This document shows positions 53,197 to 64,000 of a DNA stretch of 64,000 nucleotides, one piece after another. Each line of letters begins with the position of its first letter. Position 1 is the stretch's first letter. Origin of the DNA: Anthoceros angustus. Taxonomy: Eukaryota > Plantae > Anthocerotophyta. The translations under genes were made by a program, and so were the position numbers. The notes under the pieces were generated by a model. It was not told the origin of the DNA, did no database searches, and was given only the letters and a program-made list of their open reading frames with translations. Location: the NCBI GenBank assembly GCA_010909165.1, contig VJWM01000044.1, positions 1,860,001-1,924,000 of the forward strand, in the 5' to 3' direction.

Positions 53197-55104
53197 ATAG
53201 CCGGGGTCGTGTACATCACATGCATACATTTGTGTATAGCCGTCTGGCTTATTATTTATCAGGTGACGATGGCACAGCCAGCCACGCTCGAACAACCCTC
53301 ATCAATTGGTGCGCGCGAGTCAGCCACCTTTCTATTGAAGTATTTTTTATTTCAGTGTGGGAAAAGCCGCACGACTTACATTCCACAGATACTTGTCCCG
53401 CTCCTTCGAAACGTGAGGTAGGCCCTCATACTGCCAACTGCTCGTCTGCGATTGGCAGAAGAATTTGGGCTCAGCAGCATTTACGCTTGCTGCAGGGCAG
53501 CATCCGCTTTCCGCAGACAGACAAAAACCATTCATATGGGATGGACCACGGGGCGGCAAAAATAATGCGAAGCCCAAAATTGACAAGAGTTTTAGTTTCC
53601 ACCAATGCCGCTAATGCAACCACTTTGCATGGGACATGGGTTTGCCACCGTCCAAATCAATACGATCTCGCGGAAACCCTGCGAAACGAGCAAAGATCAA
53701 AGGGTGTGGTGTGTGAGCCGCAGTCACTGTTCTTCAATTTAGTCGTGAATTCTTCCATTCAGCTGACCTGCGGGATCCTCCTCAAAGCATACCAGCCCTA
53801 ACTGTGAAAGTTGTCACAGCATCCTGTCTGAACAGCCTGGAAAAACACTCGAAGTTAACTTGACGATCACTCATCCATTCTGTGAAGGATGTGAAAACGC
53901 TCCGTTATGAAGAGCGTGCAAGCATCTATGCAGCAAATGTCACTTACGTGTGGGAAGAACAGGCTTCAGAACCGGCTGTATTCCTAGGGCACCAACCATC
54001 TCCAAGATGGATTCATTGCCGGTTGCAAGAAACATCCGTAAGACGGGTTCAGTAAGCTTTCCTGCGTTCAATGTTTTCTGTGAAACCACCGTCTGGTCAG
54101 CTCATGGCAACGGATCTAGGCTGCAACATGCCTGCTTGCAATTGCTGCTCAACTCTGACACACCCCGCACTGCACTTCACTGAAGCATAGCATACAAGAC
54201 CTTCCGACACAGTCCACATCCGCCTGCCAGTCACAACAAAACCACCGAGACTACGTCACCAAGAACGGAAGCAAAGGCACCGACCAGCATACCCGAAAGA
54301 GCTCGAACACAATCATGTCCGGCAGGTTTCGCAGGCTCACGATGCGGTGTATGTTCGCGGCGGCCGCAGCCTTTGTGAGCGTGAGCAGAGATGGCGGGGA
54401 GCGGCCGGAGGTTGACATGCATCCCTCCCGTCAACTATTCGTGTGGCATGACGGAATCGACATAACTCCCCTTACAAGGACTGCAGCTGGCCTCGCACCT
54501 TTACTCCTCTTTTCTATCCATGCCATTTGAGCCTGAATGACGTCTTGCCCATGCCAGCAGCTGTAAGCTCGCACCCCGACCTCAATGACAGACCCGGCAT
54601 GCTGCTGCACCTCGGTCTGAATCCCTACATAGCAGGCCAGGCTTGCACAGGCTAACAAATGCGCTAAAAAGAAATGCTTCATCTGATTTGTGATGAAGTT
54701 GGAGAACTCTTAAGAAACCCTTTAACCTACACAAGACTCCATGCGCAGTCCATGGCCATGGCTAACTTAATCCTTCCTCTGCCTCGAAAATACTAAAATC
54801 TGATTTTGACATGTATATCTATATATGTCGCCTTCTAGGTTTTGTGTAAGCCAGTTCAGCTGATGCTTACTCACAGGCGTGAACGATTAGGTAGACCGCT
54901 CTCTGCACTCTAAGAAAATGAAGTATTTGCCATGGATATAATATGTGCCTCTTCCAGCCAGCCCCCGGATTCGGTGTAGGTTAATAATCACGGTGCAGCG
55001 ATTGCTTGATTCCTTCGACTTCACCATAAGGGCACTCCCGCTTCCCTGCGTCGGAGACCTAGCGTGGCGGGGAAGGGTTTAACGTGGACTGAGAGCCAAC
55101 TGGG

Positions 55105-55518
55105 ATGGCTTCGCTGGCTGCGGCCTGCCTGCCCTTCGCGTCTGCGGCTCCCTGCTCATCTTCCACAAGCGGTGAAGTGTTCAGAGTGAGCGGCTCATGT
55201 AGGCCATGTTTAGCGGCTTGGCGGGTACATGGTGGATGTGCGTCGGCTCTGCGGTGTTGCAGTCGTGGAGGTGCAAGGGCAATGGCACCTGACGAGGAGA
55301 AGATGACCAGGCGCTCGCCGCTCGACTTTCCTATTGAGTGGGACAGGCCGGCGCCGGGACGGCGGCCAGACATCTTTCCGCAATTCAGCCCTATGAAGAC
55401 GCCGCTGCCTCAACCTCTACCGGCTGATCCCCCTGAGGAAGAAGAGGAGGAGGATGAAAAGAAGGACCCGGAGGAAGATCCTGAGAAGGAGCCGGAAAAG
55501 CCTGATGTTCCTGCTTGA
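55105..55518 (+). CDS. Small putative plastid-targeted protein with Pro-rich core and acidic tail, function unknown
   Basis: Ala/Ser/Arg-rich N-terminus, then MAPDEEKMTRRSPLDFPIEWDRPAPGRRPDIFPQFSPMKTPLP and a poly-Glu tail. Motif recalled from uncharacterised land-plant proteins; not verified. Confidence 0.8.
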   Translation: MASLAAACLPFASAAPCSSSTSGEVFRVSGSCRPCLAAWRVHGGCASALRCCSRGGARAMAPDEEKMTRRSPLDFPIEWDRPAPGRRPDIFPQFSPMKTPLPQPLPADPPEEEEEEDEKKDPEEDPEKEPEKPDVPA

Positions 55519-56753
55519 TGCTGTGCGAGTTTTGGTCGTGAGCAATGTATTCTGGCACCTTGTAGCTTTCTCTCCCGCTTTGAGCCATTTCTGTACACAT
55601 ACTTCATATATGATAGTATCGAGGCTGTCTCCGTTTCTCAGTTTGTGTTTGTTTCTGCTCTCGTCTGGTGCTCTCTTGCGCCTCCTTTTCGTTGTTGGAC
55701 TTGCTGGTGTAGCTAGCAACTCATTCTTCAAGCGTCGAAGACCTCTCGGTTTTACCTAAGTACGGGGCTTCCCCTGATGAGTCCTCTCCTGGCCTTTCCT
55801 GTTTTGACATGAAGAATCTGCTCTTATGCTGATGATCCTCTGATCCTCGTGCTTCAGTCGCTTGTTGGAAGCTTTGGCCTTGTTTACAATGTTTAGCCAT
55901 GGCAACGAGTGTGAAGTGACGAATATGTATTGTTGAAGCTGGTTGTATCTTTTGATCCGTCTTGCTCCATCCGTTGAGGCAGTGTATAATTTGACGACGG
56001 AAACCGACATAAGCTGCAAACAGGAACTGTGGAGAGTGGAGGGGAGCGGGGCCTTATCTAAGGTGAGAAATGCAGCAGGTAAGGTGAAACAGAATCTTAC
56101 AGTTCGAACAACACATTATCACAGATACTGTCGGATTAGACATATGTCTGTCTGGCGGGATTTAATTCTACAGCAGCACAGACGAATCTAAGACAAGCCA
56201 CAGCATCGCATTGACAACGGGACTTGGCAATTATGCATGTCCTTGCACGGGAATACAGTGATGGATGCATCTTGATTCCGCAAGTTTGGTTGGGATGAAC
56301 AAAATTGGTTGGGATGAACGAAAGTCCCCTTGTTCTGTGAGCCCCTAGTTGACCAACAAATTTCATGATACCATTGAAGAAGAACCTGTCTGCAAACAGG
56401 TGACAGGCTCTAAATGGTTCTTATAAATGTGTGTCCAAATGGCCAAATGGACACTTAGATGGGGTGCCTAAAGGGAGTGGATGCCCTTGGTGCAAGTAGC
56501 CTGGGCACACCATGGTACAAGTTGTTAAGTACCAGTCCCATGACGGAAATCCGTCCTTAGTGGACTTGAATAAAATTTTCTTTTCTTCTCTACCAGAATC
56601 GGGACACTGCCCAATTTGGCACCAACAGGCACTGAGAGAGCAAGCAGACGGAGATTCTTGCTCACTTCCCCTCTGTTACTCCACATTGGATCGATTGACG
56701 TACCAACAGCTGACAAGCAACTACACAAGCAGCCTGACTATGAAGAATCCGAA

Positions 56754-57296
56754 TCAAGCTCTATCTGAGATGTTTATCTCTGGACCTGTACCCGGTGCTT
56801 CACCTAGCCGGGCACCATCCTGTCTTGCAGCATACAACTTTTGCTCCAGGTCATCGACGCTCTTGTGAAACGCTCCGGAAAGAGAAGCCTTATGGAATTC
56901 TTCAGTGACGCCTGGCTTACTGCTGCCCTTTGTCGTGTAGCCCCAGGAGATGACAGTAGTTCCAGGGTCGGGGCCATCCGTGAGGCGAAGCCAGCCAGTA
57001 TAATCCGTCAATCCAACGCTGCTGTCCTCCACAACGTAGGCATACGCATGGTTCTCCAAATCCAGTTCGATAAGCCGCTCGTAATAATAGGCGCCGTTTG
57101 CACCGATCACGTACCGCACTGCTCCGAGCGATTGAGGTTGCCCTGACGACAGTGTCGATGACACACCTGGCAGCCAGCGTCCCAAATCTATGAAGTCACC
57201 GACCAGAGCCCAGACATCGTCCACAGGAGCTTTAATATGCCTGCTGATGGAGAGTGTCCACAGCGGTCGCGAGCTGTCACTCCCTTCCCCCGCCAT
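56754..57296 (-). CDS. SRPBCC / polyketide cyclase-dehydrase (lachrymatory-factor-synthase-like) protein, intronless
   Basis: ISRHIKAPVDDVWALVGDFIDLGRWLPGV..GAVRYV..YYERLIELDLENHAYAYVVEDSSVGLTDYTGWLRL..ISWGY. First ATG at 57296. Confidence 0.88.
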   Translation of the reverse strand: MAGEGSDSSRPLWTLSISRHIKAPVDDVWALVGDFIDLGRWLPGVSSTLSSGQPQSLGAVRYVIGANGAYYYERLIELDLENHAYAYVVEDSSVGLTDYTGWLRLTDGPDPGTTVISWGYTTKGSSKPGVTEEFHKASLSGAFHKSVDDLEQKLYAARQDGARLGEAPGTGPEINISDRA

Positions 57297-58989
57297 CTTC
57301 TGAAGGTACGCTTCCACAACTATTCCAATACTCTCAGGCTGTAATCAGTCATGCATGTGTGAGGAATCCCGCTACTTCTGAGGTCTGCTGTTGTGCTGCT
57401 CTTGAGGCCTTGGAAACAATCGGCGGACCGGAGCCATCACTGGCCACACACAGTGACAGCTGGCATACCTCCTGCATCACATTCTGAAGCAGGAAGCTCG
57501 CTCAGCACTAGAGACGTGTGCGGAAGTGTGAAGTAGACGCGAGGGCGGAGCCGGCGTGAGGTCTGTCTCCTTGTCACAGTCGATGTAAGTGCACGTGTCA
57601 GGACGGCCGGGATGGACGGCTTAATTTGTGGTAAGGATGTCTTGTCATGTAGACTGAAGCTAAGTTGTTCCCCGTTAAAGTTGCCAGTCCTCTGCTGTTG
57701 TGCTGTTGAAAGGCGCGGTCCCGCCGGTTGTCCATGGGATTATGCCCTTGCCTTGTTTTACAGTCTGTCAAGGCTGACCTATCGCTTTGCGGTGCTGGAG
57801 GCGAAGGAAAAGGAGGGTGCGGAAGACCATGATAAGCCTTAAAACTTTTCTTTCTCCATGTTCAAGGTTTTGACAACCTGGCTCTTGTGGTGGAACGCTT
57901 CGTTAGTGTGTGCTTTCATGCTCACCAGGGCATTGCTCGTCAGCGATGCTTGCGGAAATACGTGCTGCAGGCCTGCTCGCTTCTGGGGCGCTGTGCAGTG
58001 TCTGCCTTTCTCAGGAGCCCTTTCCCTTTTGGATTGCATAGATCTGTGCCCCTTGCATGCAGATGCAGGCACTAAGCGGGTGCTTGAGACTTTTGCGACA
58101 CTTGCTCCCCGGATTAGGGCCATTGTGTTGGCTTAGCACCTGGCGCTGGTTTGTGATGTAGGTGCCGTGACCGGTCTGGGAATGTCGTGTTGATTCTTTT
58201 CCTGTGGCAGTGAACCCTGAGGTGAATGTCAACGGCGGAGTGTGTGATCCCTGGTCCTTGGATTCAGGGTTGAGATCATTCATGCAGTCTGGCTGAAGAT
58301 GTAGGTTACATTCGCATTAGATAAGCTGGTGTAGAAAAGTTGTGACGTTTGAGGTAGATTACCCTGCCAAGCCATCGTCATTGCGTTGTGTAGGTTTTGT
58401 TTGCTGAGCAGTTGGTGGAGTATCGTTCCCTTGCTAGGTGATGGCAGACATGTTCGGGTTCCGTCCCCGTGCAGGATCTCTCGGAAAGAAAGCTTCCTGT
58501 TCAGATTCATTCTCCGGCAGGTTGGTGAACTTGTGGCCAGGCCCGTCCACCTACTTGCGTACAAACATAAAAAGTAGTATGTAGTGAAAGATGGAAATGC
58601 CTCCCGACAGGAGTCTGTCAGTAAGGACCGTCTTCAACGTTAAAAAATGTGTGCCCTTTGATTTTGCAAAATCTTTGGTTGCAATGGGCTTTGTACATAC
58701 ATGTTTGGTGGTCAGCGGGGCTGCAAGAATGGGGTGAAGTGTGACGATCCGTGTTTGGAATTGGCAGGGTGAGGGAAGTGCAGACCCAGGGAGGTAAGGT
58801 ACTCACTCGTCGGGTAGTGGAAGTCAAAGTGTCGATTGAAGTTCGAGTGGGTTGAAGGCCCGAGGGTGTTAGGAGCGAAGTGCATGCCAGGGTCTCTTGT
58901 ACGTCATGCATGAATACACCCTAGCCTCCGGGACCATAACTCTGAGCACTGTTATGTGTGCATACCGTAAAGAGGAATGCGTCTAAAAT

Positions 58990-60790
58990 CCGGCCTGAGG
59001 TTGATGCAGAAGTGGTGCCCTAGCCTGACGTGGAGGTGTGGATGAGGTGGACGGGAAGCGCTGGCGAGGCAAGGCAAGGGAAGGCAAAGCAAGGCAAAGC
59101 AAGGCAAGCTCGCTCGCTCGTTCGTTGCCGTTGCGAAGTTACGGTGCGTTGCGTTGCGTTGCGTTGCGATGCCTGTCTGTCTCCCATCACCTCCCACCTT
59201 CTTTTTGGGCAGCAGCTCACATGCTTGGCGAGCCTCTTTTCCACCCACCCACTCCACTCCACTCCACTCCACTCCACTCCACTCCACTCTAATCCACTCT
59301 CCCGCCACTCCACCCGACCCGACCTGACCCGCACCGAATCCGCATCAAAGCAGAGCAGGTTTGATGGAGGGAGCCCGGAGGCCACCAACACCCAAGCCGC
59401 GCATGGGAGCCCGAGGAGGCGAGAGGTCTACGGGCGCGCCGGGAGGCCTGTATGTACATGAGCATACATGTACGAGCGCATGACAATAAACAGGGCACAA
59501 TGATGAGCAGCGCGGCAAGCGCGGCATTGAGGAGGAAAGTGTGTGTTTGGCTATAATTGCACAAGGGACAATGGGAAAAGGGGAGGGGGGAGGGGGGTGT
59601 CCAGGAGGACTGCAGGATTGCACTGCACTACGAGCAGGCACAAGACGGTGGAGGTAGTTGCGGTGTGCAGGGCCAGGGCCAGGGCCAGTGCCAGTGCCAG
59701 TGCGGACTGCAGACTGCAGAGTGCAGTGAATGGGAAGTGCAGAGCAGGGGAGACACGACCAATGAGCTGGAACAGCATGGGGCGTGAAACCTGTTACCTG
59801 AACCAAGGCGGGGCCTGGGCCTGGGCCTGGGCCTGGGCCTGGGCCAGCGCCACCATCACACATGGTGCGGCCTTCATCTTAAAAAAAAAAAAAAGGCGAG
59901 GCTCGATCGCGGAGTCGCGGGCCCGGCCCGGCCCGGCCTTGCCACAACGGAACGGGAATGTCCCGATCTGTCACGGCCAAGGCCCCAAGGCCCCAAGGCC
60001 CCAAGGCCGGGCTGGGAGTGGGGCCTGGGGCCTGGGGTCTGGGGCCAGCTGGGGCCAGGGCTGGTGCTGGGACAAGGGAGAATGCCGCCATCAGAGCCTG
60101 GAGAGGCGTGCGCAGTTACGCCCGTCCCGCAGCCTCCGCCCTGGCCTCCGGCCTCCGGCCCCAGCCCCAGCCCCCGGCCCGGCCGCTCCCGCTCAGGCTG
60201 CAGCCGCTGCTGGCTGGGCGTGAAAAATTGAAAGCCAGGCAGGCCCGCCCTGGCCCACCCGGCCCGCGGCCCGCCCCGGCCCGTCGTACACCAAGGCAGG
60301 CATGGCGGCCGTGGCCCGGCTCCTAGGCGTGGGACGCTCGCTGCACCGCCTAACTGGGAGAGCTGCCACAGATTCCTCGGAACTGGGTGTGCCGAAGAGG
60401 ACAAATCCCGCCTCAGGCCGACACACGACACAACACTCGGGCAGCTCCAACAGCGACTGGACTCGCCTCCGCTCCACGCAGCAGCAGCAGCAGCAGCCTG
60501 CACCAGCAGGCAGCAGGCGCCGCGGCGGCTGGCTGGGCTGTATATCAGGCCGCTCTGGCGCCACTCTCCTCCCCCTCTCCTCTCCTTCCCTCCTCTTCGG
60601 AGCGCAGCCGCAGCCGCAGCCGCAGCCGCAGCTGCAGCGCCGATTTCGCCCCTGCTCGCTCTCTCCTCCTCACCCCTCTTCTCTGCGGTGTGCGCCCTTG
60701 CTATTCCGGCGCCTCAGCCCCAGCCTGAGCCTGAGTCTCAGCCTCAGCCTCAGCCTCAACCTCAGTCTCTCCCCCACTCCCCCCTTCCGG
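58990..60790. repeat. Dense cluster of short microsatellites (3-7 bp units)
   Basis: (AAGGC)n, (CGTTG)n, (CACTC)n, (CAGGGC)n, (GGGCCT)n, (CCCAAGG)n, (CAG)n, (GCAGCC)n, (CTCAGC)n. Confidence 0.9.
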
Positions 60791-61176
60791 CACCCGCCTC
60801 CGATCCTCCCCTCTCCCGCGCACTCGCTTCCAATCCCGCCGCCACCGTTTCCGCCGCCATTTCACCGCGCCGCGCCGGGCTCAGCTCACCGGGCGTAGCG
60901 GCACTGTAAGATTTGGGCGCCCAAATTTGCTTGTGATTTCCTTGGCAAATTGGAGGTGGGTTTTGCGAGATTCTGACTGTGGGATTTGTGGGCGGCAGAC
61001 TGCACACTGCACACTGCACGCTTTGCGGGTGGAGTGATTGGATCCGGAGGCGGGAGGCGAGAAGCGGGAGGCTGGTTGCAGGAATTGGTGGAGCGGCGGG
61101 GAGGTGCGTGAGGTGAGGCCCATATCCATCTCCATCCAAGAGCAAGAGCAAGAGCAAGAGCAAGAGCAAGAGCAAG

Positions 61177-61718
61177 ATGGGGAGCGGTGGGCGGGCGAGG
61201 CGGGGGGCGAGATACAGGTGCCAATCGACAGGGTGTGGGACCTGGTGTCGGATTTCTACTCGGTGAACTCGTGGGTGCCGCTGGTGTCGTGCACGGACGA
61301 GTCGGGGCGGTACGTGACGGAGGTGGGCTGCAGGCGCACGCTGCACCGGGTGTCGCCGGACGAGAGCGACGGGGAGGACGGGGACGACATGATGGCGGGG
61401 CTGGGCTCCGACCCGCACTTCAACCTCATGGTGTGCGAGCGGCTGCTCACGCTGGATCCCAGCAACTACACCTTCACCTACACCATCGAGGACAACAACC
61501 TAGGGCTCACCAACTACCACGGCGAGTGCCGCCTCTGGGAGGGCTCCTCCCCCTCCTCCACCTACGTCCGCTGGAGCTTCGAGCACGACCCCATCTACTG
61601 CCCCGACGCCCACGACCCCTCCCTCCTCAAGGAACAGCGCATCAGCATCATCGAGAACATCCTCCACGCCTCCATCTCCATGCTCGAGACCGCCCTCCGC
61701 AATTCCTTCAAGCACTAG
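61177..61718 (+). CDS. Second SRPBCC / polyketide cyclase-dehydrase (LFS-like) protein; start codon uncertain
   Basis: RWAGEAGGEIQVPIDRVWDLVSDFYSVNSWVPLV..GCRR..CERLLTLDPSNYTFTYTIEDNNLGLTNYHGECRL..VRWSFEHDP. Strong GC3 bias. The nearest ATG (61177) is one base out of frame. Confidence 0.8.
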
Positions 61719-62421
61719 ACTACCTCCTCAGGCTGTTTCTTCTTCTTCTTCTTCTTCTTCTACTTCCTGGGAGTCCTCCCTACCACACTAACTGCCACTG
61801 ACCTCGGCCGTGAACCGCCCGTAGTCGGCATTTTCTGCCTTTGCTGCCTCGCAAACTGCAAGCATTGCCGTTGTCTCTCACATATTATGGACTCTAGTCT
61901 TCACCTAGCATCTACCTGTGTTCAATCGCATGATTGTATTACCTGCTACACAACCAACTCCAATTTCGGATTTCATTACATCGCAATCTCTTGCCCTTCC
62001 CTACTCGCTCTCACTTGCGAATGCGAATTGGAATGCCAAGGCTTCAAATTCGCCCTTGCGAGCTGTCGATGGCAACGTGAATCTCGTCTGCAACGCAATC
62101 TCTCCTTCCCTTGCTCACCTACATTCGTTTCAATGAAACCGGTCGTCAAATTTGAAGCGGGAAACTGTTTAAAGTTCTGTTACAGCACTGCACTGCGCAT
62201 TTTCCACGACTGTTACAAGTCCGTGCATGTAGTCAAGTCTCCTTTTCCACTGCAGCCTCGCGGCGAAACGTTCACAAAACGTCTCCACCTCAAGTTGAAA
62301 TTGTACATCGTACGTAGACTACACTACATGAGCTCACCAAAATGCATATCCGACGAGCGAGCGGAGACGGAGAAGGAGAAGGAGAAGCGGGATACTGCTT
62401 TGTGGGTTGAAGAGGAGGCAT

Positions 62422-62509
62422 GAGACGCTGGAGACGCAGGAGACGCAGGAGACGCAGGAGACGCAGGAGACGCAGGAGACGCTGGAGACGCAGGAGACGC
62501 AGGAGACGC
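62422..62509. repeat. 9-bp tandem repeat (GAGACGC(A/T)G), about 10 copies
   Basis: Directly visible. Confidence 0.9.
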
Positions 62510-64000
62510 GAATCCTGTGAAGAGACCGTTGTGAGACGGAGTTGGGTAGTGGCTGGCCACTGACACTGTGTGCCCATCGGTGCGGTTCCCATAAAGATAA
62601 CACACCGCCCGGTGCGAGCAGCTAACCGCGCCCGCGCCGGTGCCACAGATGCGACCATCTTTTGAGACCTTCACTCCCCCTACCCGCCGTTGACATACTG
62701 TGGCCACACGGCGCCCTCTCTTTTCCTTGCATTTTGTTTGCACTTGTTTCCGTGAAAGAAAAAATAAATTGGAATACGGGAATAAAGCCCCACACTACAG
62801 CCCACGCTTTGACTCACCCTTTTTCCTTTTTCTCGCTTCAAAATCGCATTTGTGCCTTTACACAGCTCACAGCGAGCGAGCTGACTCACGCTACTGTAGG
62901 CGTATCAAGAACCGATAAATTTTTAAGTGGATGAGGTGAAGCTATGTCTCTACATACATGTTTGTTATATCTACACATGCAACCTCAGAATCGTTTTCGG
63001 TTGGGCACTTTTTTCTAATATCCATAACCATGGGTAGCACGAGGTGTGGATCCTTGCACCCTTATTTCTTGGGTGCATCAAATTTAACCATGGTCCTTGA
63101 GTTGAGTTCAACGGCAGTATGACGTGGTGTTTCTATATTTAGGCTGTATATTCTCATGATGCCTTATTGACTCTTGTGACAAGTTTTATCATTTTAATAC
63201 CAAGGATTCCTTGTGAAAATATTTTTTTATAATGATATAATCTAGAAAATCATATTTTGTTGTTTGATAAAAATTAAAATCATAACCTTGGATGAAAATC
63301 TAAGCGCACACAGGTCCATTCTGAGTCATTTATGATAATTCTGCAATATGGAACTAATCTTAAGCTGGTAACAACTTTGTGCAACTTGAAGTGACGATTT
63401 GACATATATCCATGTGGCGTTGCTCTTCAAAAAGGGTTCTATGATGGAACAATATATAAGACACAAAATAGAATGGCTCAAGATAGATTTTCCTGTGAAC
63501 TAAGCTGATCTCATAACAAACTATTTGGACCTTGTGTTAATCTACATGTATAGCATAAACATAGGGAGTAAAATGACATAGTTATGTACAACAAATTTTG
63601 ATAAATTATATTTTAAGCTTAGATCTTCCTCCACGATCGAGGTTACAATCACCAAAAGCAATTGATTCGCACAGGGAAGAATGTTTTATTGTACTAATGC
63701 ATTGAACAACACACAGGGAATAAATATTAAGAAAATAGAATCATATCACACATGAAGAATACATCCTTTGTGCTCAAAACTATGTACTGGTGACCTACTC
63801 GTGCACGCTTTTTACACAGCAGCATGGGTACCTTATCCTTGTTGATCTTAAATAATATGACTGATATTTAGTTGAAAATTTTATAAAAATTTTGATACTA
63901 GACTTATACTTTGTCTAACAAAATTTAAGCATCCTGAGCTAGGGCCACAGGCAGGCCGTTGAGGATATGGAGCTGGACGCCAAAACGGGTGATTGCAACC

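Noticed and set aside
56380-56530. Short palindrome GTGTCCA..TGGACAC similar to sequence at ~2760-2790, possible MITE relic
   Set aside because: Similarity is too short to define boundaries.
57839-58911. Possible gene between the two SRPBCC genes
   Set aside because: Only short ORFs with no recognisable motif or consistent splice pattern.
59289-60909. Long low-complexity ORFs (e.g. 59543-60223, 60302-60898)
   Set aside because: Explained by stop-poor GC-rich microsatellites; no domain seen.

Overview
Eukaryotic land-plant DNA, probably a non-seed plant (short GT-AG introns, compact genes; organism not determinable). Layout: a RALF peptide gene (~1 kb); a ~43-kb transposon block (2.9-45.7 kb); then a gene-dense block with a SLOG/DprA-like plastid-type gene, POD1/TAPT1, a microbial-type Old Yellow Enzyme, a small plastid-type protein and two SRPBCC (polyketide cyclase/LFS-like) genes. 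Target-site duplications resolve most of the transposon block. (i) A three-LTR tandem non-coding element lies at 2955-8667 (TSD ACACC/ACACT). (ii) An old Ty3/gypsy element spans 11200-45717 with non-canonical AGT...ACT ends and a perfect CTTTG TSD. Its Met-tRNA PBS is split by a CCCTA-ended CACTA-like element (TSD TAT). Its gag is split after codon 3 by a TGTGG...CCACT element (TSD CCCAT) that looks like a giant LTR carrying a decayed ORF. That element hosts an Athila/Tat-like gag-PR element lacking recognisable RT. A zig-zag of inverted copies, including a 16.6-kb palindrome, overlies 13-34 kb and may be a long-read fold-back assembly artefact. All calls are by eye; no searches were run.
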